Assembly: GCA_025924215.1 (NCBI GenBank)
Contig: JAICEJ010000002.1
Location: 1-39,837, forward strand
DNA from: Candidatus Binatia bacterium
GTDB taxonomy: Bacteria; Desulfobacterota; Binatia; UBA9968
Reading direction: 5' to 3'
Length of the DNA stretch: 39,837 bases
Shown: positions 26,440 through 35,082 of the stretch, in pieces
How the letters are laid out: each line of letters begins with the position of its first letter
Numbering within the stretch: the stretch's first letter is position 1
Program-made: the position numbers and the translations under genes
The notes under the pieces: generated by a model
What the model saw: only the letters and a program-made list of their open reading frames with translations
What the model was told of the DNA's origin: nothing
Database searches by the model: none

Positions 26440-27432
26440 ATGGGAAAGATCCGTTTGACACTGGCCTGTTGGGATTACGATCGCACGCGCGCGCTACAAG
26501 ACGGCAGAGTCGAAGTCGAAGGCATTGATTTGACTTATTTGCCATTGCGAGTGGAAGAGACCTTCTGGCGAATGCTACGCTACGGGGAGTTCGATGCAGC
26601 GGAGATGTCAACCGGTTCTTACCTTATGTCGCGGGACAAAGGCGCGCCCAAGTTGATTGCAATCCCGGTCTTTCCGTCCAAGACATTCCGGCACTCCTGT
26701 ATCTATATCAACACTGATTCCGGCATCAGAAAACCAGCCGATATGGCAGGGAAAAAAGTTGGGGTACCTGAATATCAGATCACCATGGCTACCTGGGCGC
26801 GGGGTATCCTGCAGCATGAATACGGAGTTCCTCCGGAAAAGATGAAATGGTTTACCGGGGGTGAAGAGCACCCGGGTCGAGAGGATAAGGTGAGGCATAA
26901 CTTGCCGGCCAATATCGATATCCGATCGATTCCGGCGGGGAATACACTTTCAGGCATGTTGGCAACCGGCGAGATCGATGCGATGATCTCAGCACATATG
27001 CCATCGCCGTTTGTTAAACGTCATCCCAAAGTGCAGCGGCTGATACCAAATTTTCGCGAGGTCGAGCAAGACTACTTCCGTCGCACCAAGATCTTTCCTA
27101 TCATGCACACCGTGGTAATTCGCGAGGAAGTTTACGAAAAAAGCCCTTGGATCGCGCAGAGCCTCTTCAAGGCTTTCAACGAATCCAAGAAGTTATGCCA
27201 GGAAAGCATGTACGAATTCTCCGCGCTCAAATATATGCTGGCGTGGTCCATCGATGAGATGGAAAAAGAGCGCGAGGTTCTCGGCGATGATCCCTGGGCG
27301 TACGGCTTGGAAGCGAATCGCCACATTCTAGAGACGCTTGTGCAGTACACTCACGAGCAAGGACTGATCAGCAAGCCTGTGGATGTGGATTCGCTTTTTG
27401 CCAAAAGTACTCTGGAGGAATTTAAAATCTAG
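26440..27432 (+). CDS. 4,5-dihydroxyphthalate decarboxylase-like (PhtD / NMT1-type binding-protein fold) protein
   Basis: The N-terminus IRLTLACWDYDRTRALQDGRVEVEGIDLTYLPL..EETFWRMLRYGEFDAAEMSTGSY...IAIPVFPSKTFRHSCIYIN matches, from memory, the family annotated as PhtD-like. AGGAGA lies 7 nt upstream of the ATG. Confidence 0.7.
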   Translation: MGKIRLTLACWDYDRTRALQDGRVEVEGIDLTYLPLRVEETFWRMLRYGEFDAAEMSTGSYLMSRDKGAPKLIAIPVFPSKTFRHSCIYINTDSGIRKPADMAGKKVGVPEYQITMATWARGILQHEYGVPPEKMKWFTGGEEHPGREDKVRHNLPANIDIRSIPAGNTLSGMLATGEIDAMISAHMPSPFVKRHPKVQRLIPNFREVEQDYFRRTKIFPIMHTVVIREEVYEKSPWIAQSLFKAFNESKKLCQESMYEFSALKYMLAWSIDEMEKEREVLGDDPWAYGLEANRHILETLVQYTHEQGLISKPVDVDSLFAKSTLEEFKI

Positions 27433-27456
27433 CGAGCCCAGAACAACAACGACTAT

Positions 27457-27975
27457 ATGGCGGACGAAAAGAACGAGACCCTCGAAGAAAGCAAATGGTG
27501 GATCGATCGCGGCCCGGTTAAGGAACGCGAAAAGCCGCTAGCTCCCGTTCCCGGGATTATCGAGAAGTGGGCCTACGAACTGCTCAGGGGTTACAATCAG
27601 GATCAGGCGGCGAAGAACCTCGTCGATATCAACGCGCGACTGCTCAAGGAACTGACGGTCCGGCCTGGAGAATGGGGCTACTTTTCGATGGATGTCGGAA
27701 GCTATCCGCCCGAGAAGTTGGCCAAAATCAAAACCGGCTTGCCGTTACCTCCCGGGGCCCGGGGGCTGATCGTTGACGCCGGTTATTCTGTTCGGGTTCT
27801 CATCACTGGCGAACCCGTTGGAGAGCGTTATGTGGATATCAATTTCACCGATGCGCCAGCACTGGATTATTGGGTCGATGGACAATTGGTCCGAGAGCGG
27901 GTTTTCTCAAATGTTGGTGAGGCGCTCAAGAGAATTCGAGCCGAATTGCCCAACTACCTCAAGAAATCTGAATAG
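27457..27975 (+). CDS. hypothetical protein (172 aa)
   Basis: ORF 24 nt downstream of the PhtD-like gene, with protein-like composition. No family recognised. Confidence 0.6.
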   Translation: MADEKNETLEESKWWIDRGPVKEREKPLAPVPGIIEKWAYELLRGYNQDQAAKNLVDINARLLKELTVRPGEWGYFSMDVGSYPPEKLAKIKTGLPLPPGARGLIVDAGYSVRVLITGEPVGERYVDINFTDAPALDYWVDGQLVRERVFSNVGEALKRIRAELPNYLKKSE

Positions 27976-28101
27976 ACTAGCGCCGTCAGAAAAGCTGTCA
28001 GCTGGGATTCTGAAACTCTTTCGCCATTAGCCGCTGGCCGGCAGTTCGACAGGCAATTCCTTTTTCCCGATAATTGAGCGAAGCGTTCAAGAGTCCGGAC
28101 T

Positions 28102-29316
28102 TTAAGCGTTCCTAATTTTGGTTCGTTTTTGCTTGGCGGCTTCACGCAGCGGGTTGTCGCGCGGGATTGGCATGAGCGATGTCACCTCGAGCCCGTATCC
28201 CCGGAGCCCGACCAGGTGCTTCTTATTATTGGTAAGTAGCCGCATCTTACGCACGCCCAAGTCGCGCAGTATCTGCGCGCCAATCCCGTATTCTTTGAAG
28301 TCCGCTCGATAGATAAATGAAAGATTGATATTCTTTTGTTGCTTACCCTGAACTGTGGGGTATGTAACCATCGCCGGACTTAAGCCTTTGTGCTCAGGTT
28401 GCAAATAAAGAATAACGCCTTTGCCTTCTCTGGCGATGATTTCCATTGAACTCTGAATGACCCGGCCCGTGTTGAGCAGCTCGAAGCCGAAAACATCGCC
28501 CGGGACGTATTTCGTGTGAACTCGCACTAAAGTTTCTTCTTTCGGAGAAATATGGCCTTTAATCAAGGCAAGGTGCTCGCTTTGATCGACGTGAGTATTG
28601 TAAACGATCGCCCGAAACTGCCCGCCCACGCGCGTCGGCAGTGGCGCACTCGCCGCCTGATAAACTAAGGAATCGTAGTTAAGTCGATATTGGATCAGGT
28701 CGGCAATTGTCACTACTTTCAACTTGTGCTTGCGCGCGAACCTCATCAGATCCGGCTGGCGCGCCATCGTACCGTCATCTTTCATAATTTCGCAGATGAC
28801 TCCAGCGGGCTTAAGACCGGCTAAACGCGCCAAATCAACCGAGCCCTCAGTCTGACCTGCTCGTACCAGAACGCCACCGTTGCGCGCGCGCAACGGAAAA
28901 ATATGTCCCGGCGTAACTAGATCTTGAGGCTTGGCATCGTCTTCGATGGCGTCAAGGATGGTCTTGGCCCGGTCAGCCGCCGATATTCCGGTGGTGATAC
29001 CGAGCACAGAGTCGATCGAAACCGTAAAGGCGGTGCCGAACGGAGAGGTATTTTCCGATACCATCATGGAAAGATTCAACAATCTCACCCTTTCCTCAGT
29101 TAGGGTGAGACAGATAAGTCCCCGGCCGTGAGTTGCCATGAAATTTATTGCTTGGGGAGTGACTTTTTCCGCCGCCATGCACAAGTCACCTTCATTCTCG
29201 CGATCTTTGTCATCCATAAGGATGACCATCTTCCCACGGCGAATGTCATTAATCGCTTCTTCTATAGTAGCCAGAGGCATAGTGACTGACTTTAGCATCT
29301 TGCCTGGCTTGGTCAA
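28102..29316 (-). CDS. ribBA: 3,4-dihydroxy-2-butanone-4-phosphate synthase fused to a degenerate GTP cyclohydrolase II-like domain (RibBA architecture, RibBX type)
   Basis: The RibB half is intact ([39 protein letters not shown]). In the C-terminal half, [20 protein letters not shown] replaces [20 protein letters not shown]. The TTG start at 29316 is preceded by AGGAGGA. Confidence 0.9.
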   Translation of the reverse strand: MTKPGKMLKSVTMPLATIEEAINDIRRGKMVILMDDKDRENEGDLCMAAEKVTPQAINFMATHGRGLICLTLTEERVRLLNLSMMVSENTSPFGTAFTVSIDSVLGITTGISAADRAKTILDAIEDDAKPQDLVTPGHIFPLRARNGGVLVRAGQTEGSVDLARLAGLKPAGVICEIMKDDGTMARQPDLMRFARKHKLKVVTIADLIQYRLNYDSLVYQAASAPLPTRVGGQFRAIVYNTHVDQSEHLALIKGHISPKEETLVRVHTKYVPGDVFGFELLNTGRVIQSSMEIIAREGKGVILYLQPEHKGLSPAMVTYPTVQGKQQKNINLSFIYRADFKEYGIGAQILRDLGVRKMRLLTNNKKHLVGLRGYGLEVTSLMPIPRDNPLREAAKQKRTKIRNA

Positions 29317-29475
29317 ACAGTCCTCCTGCTACCGCGAGTCTTGGTGTTCGTCTGCTGGTAAGAGCAATTCTTTGGCTAAAGCGGTTGAACGTGCACCTGA
29401 GCAATAATGCGACCCTGTTGTGCCGAAAAACGCATCGAGACACTGTTGACTTTCATTCGATGAATGTTAGCGTAG

Positions 29476-29844
29476 GTGGTAAATAGCTTGAAACGCACCT
29501 ATCATATGCAAAAGAGCCTCATGGTTTCGGCGATCCTGATATTTTTCACGTTCGGCGTCTTTGCCATGAGCCTCGCGTACGAGCCTGCTTCGGAAGGGCC
29601 GTTATATACCACCGCCTCGGCCGATCACGCCTCGGGCGACGGTTTATTAGGATCCGACACCTTTGCGCAAAGACTGGCAGTCATCGGTCTGAGCGGTGAT
29701 GTTCCGCGATCTGCACAGCCGAACTTTCAAACTTATAGGATCAATTACGTCCGGGTCGTCGATCCAGTTAAGCTGGCCTTGTTCTTAGAGAACCACGTGC
29801 CCAAGGTTTCCCTTCAGATTCTCCAGTCAGTGCTGTTGGTTTGA
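29476..29844 (+). CDS. small hypothetical membrane/secreted protein
   Basis: Hydrophobic N-terminal segment LMVSAILIFFTFGVFAMSLA. The ATG at 29506 is a plausible alternative start. No family recognised. Confidence 0.45.
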   Translation: MVNSLKRTYHMQKSLMVSAILIFFTFGVFAMSLAYEPASEGPLYTTASADHASGDGLLGSDTFAQRLAVIGLSGDVPRSAQPNFQTYRINYVRVVDPVKLALFLENHVPKVSLQILQSVLLV

Positions 29845-29989
29845 TTTTTCTCATTAACTGTCGGCTTCGCTCGATTTAGCCCCGGTTCGCTGGTGCTATT
29901 CGTGGCGTTGAAGTCCTGCAGTATCCGTCTGCTGTCAGACGCAGGCGTGATCGCTACGAACACTGTTTCTATCAGAATGGAGGTTTTCA

Positions 29990-30448
29990 GTGATTGCGAA
30001 AAAACGATTCGAGGCACAGGTTTCGAATAATCATAGCCAAGGTCGGTCGCCTTTTTGGGCCAAGAGCCCTGGACATTCCAATGCCGCGTCTGAGGAAAAG
30101 GCATTTGCTGTTTTTCAATCTGACATTCTCATTCCTGAGCAGTTTCTTGCAACTTATCAAAGAACCTTCCGGCTGGATCCTGAGAAGGTGCTGATGCTGG
30201 CGGTTTTACAGGACGCTGTTACTTGCTTTCAGGAGAATATTGCAGCGACGTGCAAGAGAAAGCGGGCGCTTTATCAAGAGGCCGAGGAATGGTTTGACGC
30301 CGAGGACAAATCCTACCTCTTCTCGTTCGAGAACATTTGCGAGGCGCTCGGCTTCGATGTCAGCTACTTGCGGCAGGGGTTATTGCGCTGGAAGGAAAAG
30401 GCGGCGGAAAGACAAAGTCGCCAACCGGTAACCCGCGCCGCCGGCTAG
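29990..30448 (+). CDS. hypothetical protein, paralogue A of an unrecognised small-protein family
   Basis: The GTG start is preceded by GGAGG 6 nt upstream. It shares conserved blocks with the CDS at 34684..35082: LMLAVLQDAVTCF vs LMIAILKDAVECL, and YLFSFENICEALGFDVSYLRQGL vs WLFSFNNICDLLGFDPDYLRKVL. Confidence 0.7.
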   Translation: MIAKKRFEAQVSNNHSQGRSPFWAKSPGHSNAASEEKAFAVFQSDILIPEQFLATYQRTFRLDPEKVLMLAVLQDAVTCFQENIAATCKRKRALYQEAEEWFDAEDKSYLFSFENICEALGFDVSYLRQGLLRWKEKAAERQSRQPVTRAAG

Positions 30449-30648
30449 CAAATGTCAGGGTCGACCGGTTGCTTGAGATCGCTGATTTGGTGTGAGCCGC
30501 CAGGCGGCAACCGTGCTACAGAACATCTGCGGAAAAGACGGGCGCGCGCGAGAAACCGCCGGACATCGTCCAGGCGCAAATCATTGTCGGGCTTACTCAT
30601 CTTCTAAACTGCTAGCCGCATCAAATCGGCGTTGAGGAACCAAGCCAT

Positions 30649-31683
30649 ATGAAAGTAGGTTTGATCGGCCCCCGCGGCGCGGGGAAGACGACTATTTTTA
30701 ATATGCTGACGGGGCTAAATGCCCAGATCGGCGGCTACGCCGGCAAGGAAGAAGTCCATTTGGGTGTCATAAAGGTTCCCGATCCCCGAATCGATAAGCT
30801 TTCCCAAATCTTCAAACCTAGAAAAACAACCTATGCCGAGATTCGCTTCACGGACTTTCCGCCAAGTCAGGGCGAGGACAATCTCAAAGCCAACAACGCG
30901 ACGGTAGCACAGATGCGCGAGGTCGATGCCATCGCTCTGGTCTTGGGCAACTTCGGGGCGGATGCCAAACCTATTAGGGAGCTTAACAATCTTCTCACGG
31001 AGATGATTCTGGCCGACCTCGGGATCATCGAAAATCGCCGCTCCCGTCTTAAGAAAGAAAAAGCGCGCCCGCTTGAAGAGAATTTGTTGCAGCGCGCGGC
31101 TACCGCTCTGGAAAACGAAGAAAGCCTCCGCAACTTGACGTTCACTCCCGATGAAGAGAGTTTGCTTGCCGGTTTCGGGTTTTTGAGCCGTAAGCCTCTG
31201 CTCGTGTTGCTGAATCAGTCAGAAGAGCAGGCTGGGAAAGCGCTGGATTCTAATTATTTGGAAGAATTGAAACGGCGCGGCTTGGAGGGTCTGGCGCTGG
31301 CGGCCAAGGCCGAGATAGAGATCGCGCAATTGGACGAAGCTGATCGCGTCGTTTTTCTTAAAGAGATCGGCATAGAGGAACCTGCGCGAGACCGGTTCAT
31401 TCGCGCCTCTTATCGCTTGCTCGATCTGATCAGTTTTTTTACATCCGGAGAGGATGAAGTCCGAGCCTGGACCATTACTCAGGGAACCGTAGCGCGCAAA
31501 GCCGCGGGCAAGATTCACAGTGATATTGAGCGCGGCTTTATTCGAGCCGAAGTCGTCGCTTATGACGACTTCATGGCGTTTGGCAGCGAGTCCAAATGCA
31601 AGGAGGCCGGTAAGCTGCGTCTCGAAGGTAAAGATTACGTCGTGAAGGACGGTGACATCGTTCACTTCCGCTTCGCCGTATAA
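30649..31683 (+). CDS. YchF-like (OBG-HflX superfamily) GTPase/ATPase, divergent
   Basis: P-loop GPRGAGKTT and an NxxE-type G4 (LLNQSEE). The YchF-type C-terminal domain reads AWTITQGTVARKAAGKIHSDIERGFIRAEVV..GKLRLEGKDYVVKDGDIVHFRF. Confidence 0.85.
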   Translation: MKVGLIGPRGAGKTTIFNMLTGLNAQIGGYAGKEEVHLGVIKVPDPRIDKLSQIFKPRKTTYAEIRFTDFPPSQGEDNLKANNATVAQMREVDAIALVLGNFGADAKPIRELNNLLTEMILADLGIIENRRSRLKKEKARPLEENLLQRAATALENEESLRNLTFTPDEESLLAGFGFLSRKPLLVLLNQSEEQAGKALDSNYLEELKRRGLEGLALAAKAEIEIAQLDEADRVVFLKEIGIEEPARDRFIRASYRLLDLISFFTSGEDEVRAWTITQGTVARKAAGKIHSDIERGFIRAEVVAYDDFMAFGSESKCKEAGKLRLEGKDYVVKDGDIVHFRFAV

Positions 31684-31940
31684 TAGGAGCTTGATTGCTA
31701 TCCCCGCCCGGCACCGATTTACGAGTTGCTTCAGACCATCTCAGCATCAAAGATCGCCGACCGGGTAAACGGCACAACCGCAAACCGGAGTGACTTCCTC
31801 TATAAGTAGTCTATCTACAATCAGAGAAGCTCATCTCGTTATCGTAAACGCGGTCAAATGCCCCCTAAGATTCTCGTCCGAGGGTTAAAGGCATAGCTTG
31901 TCTTGGCCAAATTCTTTTGTTAGTCCTGCCCGTGTCCTAA

Positions 31941-33401
31941 ATGACCGAAAGGCTAGGCATGAAAACTTTAATTCAAGGCGGATTCGTAGTCGCATTTGAT
32001 GGGACACAACATGAGATCATCAAGGACGGCTTGGTCGTCTACAATGGCAATCGAGTCGAATTCGTCGGCAAAGACTACTCTCAGGCTGTAGACAGAAAGA
32101 TCGATGCCAACGGCTGCTTGGTTTCACCCGGCTTCATCGACACTCATTTCCATTCGGGGATCAATGCCAGCGATTACATTCTGAATGATTCCACGAAATT
32201 GGATTTCTTCGCGGCCAATTATTTAGCTCACGGCGGGCCGACTCGTGAAGGCGCTCATTTCGCTCACTTAAAAGATGTCGATGTTGGTCAACGGTTTTCC
32301 TTGATCCATCTAATAAAGAGTGGGGTAACGACTACTTTTGAGATCGGCGGTCCGGGCGCAGAGCCGGAGCGATTCGTCGACATGGTCGACGAGGTCGGCA
32401 TCCGAACGGCCACCGGCCCGAGCTATAAGAACGTCAGTTTTTTTCACGACTCCGAGGGCCGCCTAGAGTACGACTGGGATGAGGCTCGCGGCAGCGAAGG
32501 CTTGGAAAAAGCGGTCCAATTCGCAAAGCAATTTGATGGGGCTTGCAACGGGCGCATGAGCGCTATGTTGTTTCCCGGACACGTCGACTCCTGCACACCT
32601 GATTTGCTCAAACAAACGAAAAAAGCGGCAAACGATGCCGGCGTTCGAGTTCAGATCCATGCGACGATCAATTTGTTCGAATTCCATACCGTGATGCAGC
32701 GTGAACGCTGCACGCCTATCGAGTTGCTACAAAAGATCGGCTTCTTGGATCCGCAGGTTTCTCTTTCCCATTGCATTTTCATCAGCGGCCATAGCTGGCT
32801 TGCGTATCCATATGGCGATGATCTTAAAATTATCGCCGATTCGGGCGCTTCGGTTGCCTACAGCCCGCTCAAGTATCTGAAGCTAGGTATTACCATGGAG
32901 TCCTTCGACCGATATCTCAAAGCCGGAATCAACATGGGCATTGGAACCGACACTTTCCCCAAAGATATTCTGTCGGATATGCGTTACGCTGCGCTCGCCT
33001 CGCGCGTCGCCGACAAGAGCTTCATGTCCGGCCATCCGCGAGACGTGTTCAACGCGGCGACGTTAGGCGGTGCCAAGATGCTCGGGCGCAACGATATCGG
33101 AAGATTAGAAAGAGGAGCCAAAGCCGATATTGCGATCGTCAATCTCCGCGACCTCGCCTTCGGCGCGGTGCGCGATCCCATTCGATCGTTGATGGAAAAC
33201 GCCGTCAGTCGTGACGTGAGAACCGTCATCGTCGACGGCGAAACACTGGTGGACGATTACAAATATCTTCGCCTGGATGAGCAAGAGCTGCTCGACAAAG
33301 TTCAGAAAAAAGCGGAACAAGTCTGGGACAGTGTTCCCAAGTGGCATTGGACCGGAAAGAGCATCGATGACGTGGTGCCGCCAAGCTTTAAAATGAAATA
33401 A
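31941..33401 (+). CDS. amidohydrolase-superfamily protein (aminohydrolase/chlorohydrolase-like)
   Basis: Metal-binding HxH in SPGFIDTHFHSG, later QIHAT and a distal GIGTD..; 486 aa. The ATG at 31959 is an alternative start. Confidence 0.85.
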   Translation: MTERLGMKTLIQGGFVVAFDGTQHEIIKDGLVVYNGNRVEFVGKDYSQAVDRKIDANGCLVSPGFIDTHFHSGINASDYILNDSTKLDFFAANYLAHGGPTREGAHFAHLKDVDVGQRFSLIHLIKSGVTTTFEIGGPGAEPERFVDMVDEVGIRTATGPSYKNVSFFHDSEGRLEYDWDEARGSEGLEKAVQFAKQFDGACNGRMSAMLFPGHVDSCTPDLLKQTKKAANDAGVRVQIHATINLFEFHTVMQRERCTPIELLQKIGFLDPQVSLSHCIFISGHSWLAYPYGDDLKIIADSGASVAYSPLKYLKLGITMESFDRYLKAGINMGIGTDTFPKDILSDMRYAALASRVADKSFMSGHPRDVFNAATLGGAKMLGRNDIGRLERGAKADIAIVNLRDLAFGAVRDPIRSLMENAVSRDVRTVIVDGETLVDDYKYLRLDEQELLDKVQKKAEQVWDSVPKWHWTGKSIDDVVPPSFKMK

Positions 33402-33717
33402 TCTTACAGGCTGGTTAGAAGACGTAGACTAGAATTTGTTCTCTCGTCCATGCGGCAAAAAGCTGGTTACCTAAGGTAGACCGCCCGGCAGACATTTACG
33501 TGCCGCGGTTAGCGACGGAACCGCAAGCTCTCATCCGGGACCGCCGGAATCGGCGCGTCGTGTTAAGTCGATGCATGATCGCGATTTCACGTCATCATAG
33601 TTGCGGTTCGGTATTCGACACGAGTCTTGCGGGCCCAATGTTATGCCCATTTCGGTTGAACTCTCATCCGAGGAAAGATATAGCACAGACAACCAGTTCA
33701 ACTGAGAGGAGTTAATC

Positions 33718-34428
33718 GTGTCGGAATTATCAGAGATCAAAAAGAAGCTGGCTATGTCGTCCCGCATGTTGTTTAACGCGGGATTAGTCGATTACAGCGG
33801 TCATATTAGCGCGCGTATTCCCGGGTCTGATCACCTTGTTATCCTGCCACACCCGGTAAGTCGCGCTACGGTAAAACCGGACGATATGGTGATCACCGAC
33901 TTCGATGGGAAATTGATCGAAGGCAAATACAAAGCACCGTCAGAGGTTAATATGCACGCGCGGGCCTATAGAGCCCGTAGTGATATCCAAAGCGTCGCTC
34001 ATCTGCACAATCACATGATTGCCACCCTGAGCATGGTCGACAAACCGTTCTATCCAGCTTCTTCCAATCCTGGCGCTTTTTTTGGCCCGGGACCATTGCC
34101 TGTTTACATGGACCCAGCACTGATTCATACGATAGAGCAGGGCGACGCTGTGGCAAAAGCGCTTGGCGCCGCGGATGCCGTGATGCTGCGCGGTCATGGG
34201 TCCATGGTCGTCGCCCACTCGATCGAATGGGTATTCGCCGGATGTGTGGACTTGGAAGAAGCCGCGTCCCGGTTCTATAAAGCCTCATTGTTGGGACCTG
34301 TCATGATTTACAACGAGGACGAGACACAAAGGGTCATGAAACAGCGCCGCAAAGACTCGGTGGTTCAGAAAATCTGGGATCACAATGCTGCTAAGACAGA
34401 ACTCGCCGGTTTGATGAAAGGGATCTAA
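33718..34428 (+). CDS. class II aldolase/adducin-family protein
   Basis: YSGHISARIP, PSEVNMHARAY, SVAHLHNH and MLRGHGSMVVA. The GTG start is preceded by GAGGAG 6 nt upstream. Confidence 0.88.
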   Translation: MSELSEIKKKLAMSSRMLFNAGLVDYSGHISARIPGSDHLVILPHPVSRATVKPDDMVITDFDGKLIEGKYKAPSEVNMHARAYRARSDIQSVAHLHNHMIATLSMVDKPFYPASSNPGAFFGPGPLPVYMDPALIHTIEQGDAVAKALGAADAVMLRGHGSMVVAHSIEWVFAGCVDLEEAASRFYKASLLGPVMIYNEDETQRVMKQRRKDSVVQKIWDHNAAKTELAGLMKGI

Positions 34429-34618
34429 ACCACAGCACAATCGCCCTTCGAAGCGCTTAGAGGATGGTGATTGCCGGCCGGAAAGCTCTATTCAATTGCC
34501 CTAGTGCTTCAACGGGAGTCGTTCAATTGGGGCCGTTTGGGCGACGTAGAATCTCCTCTTTCGCCACTCATGCGCGGTGCCGCGTTGCGGCCCATCCCGC
34601 CTTCATTGACGATATTTC

Positions 34619-34647
34619 TTGCGTGAAAGAAACTCCCGTGATATAGC
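34619..34647 (+). promoter_or_regulatory. promoter candidate: TTGCGT, 17-nt spacer, TATAGC with extended -10 (TGATATAGC)
   Basis: Read directly from the sequence, about 37 nt upstream of the ATG at 34684. If real, it excludes the tracked TTG start at 34648. Confidence 0.35.
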
Positions 34648-34683
34648 TTGCGATTCAATTTTCACCCAGGAGTGTTTCCGCAC

Positions 34684-35082
34684 ATGTACGATGATTTCCT
34701 AGCACGAATCCTTGAGCCTGATGTTTTTCTGCCGTCTCAGTTCTACGGCACCGGCGGGTTGTCGCGACAGCTTGACGGTGAGAAACGTTTGATGATCGCT
34801 ATTTTGAAGGATGCGGTGGAGTGTCTAAATAAGTATCGCGGCGCGCGAAGTAATTTAGGAAATAGTCAGTATCAGAATGCCTTGGAATGGGTCGAGGATG
34901 AAGGTACCGAGTGGCTGTTTTCGTTTAACAACATCTGCGATCTTTTAGGATTTGATCCCGACTACCTTCGCAAGGTGCTAATCAAGAAAGAAGGCAGATA
35001 CGCAAGTCCTGTTCGCGGCAAGATCTATTCTTTTCCGGTCGCTAACAGAGCCGGTAGAGGCTCAGCGCCGGCGAGCTCGTAG
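34684..35082 (+). CDS. hypothetical protein, paralogue B of the same unrecognised small-protein family
   Basis: Conserved blocks are shared with 29990..30448 (see that feature). The ATG at 34684 has AGGAG 11 nt upstream; the tracked ORF begins at TTG 34648. The 3' end overlaps the convergent M48 protease gene by 21 nt. Confidence 0.7.
   Translation: MYDDFLARILEPDVFLPSQFYGTGGLSRQLDGEKRLMIAILKDAVECLNKYRGARSNLGNSQYQNALEWVEDEGTEWLFSFNNICDLLGFDPDYLRKVLIKKEGRYASPVRGKIYSFPVANRAGRGSAPASS

Noticed and set aside
29317-29470. Possible FMN (RFN) riboswitch in the leader of the ribBA-type gene (minus strand)
   Set aside because: I reverse-complemented the region and looked for the conserved RFN blocks (GGGCAGGGTGAAATTCCC, ACCGGCGGT, GCCGACAGT..AGTCTGGATG.GAGAAG). 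Only loose resemblances appear (CAGGGTC, GCAGACGAA..AGACTCGCGGTAG), and the six-stem pattern is not evident. A covariance-model scan would be decisive, but by eye it is not supported.
30446-30600. 51-aa minus-strand ORF (MSKPDNDLRLDDVRRFLARARLF...) in the gap between paralogue A and the YchF-like gene
   Set aside because: It falls below the ORF-track threshold, has no SD or recognisable motif, and overlaps the paralogue A stop. It is probably non-coding, though it could be revisited if ribosome-profiling data exist.
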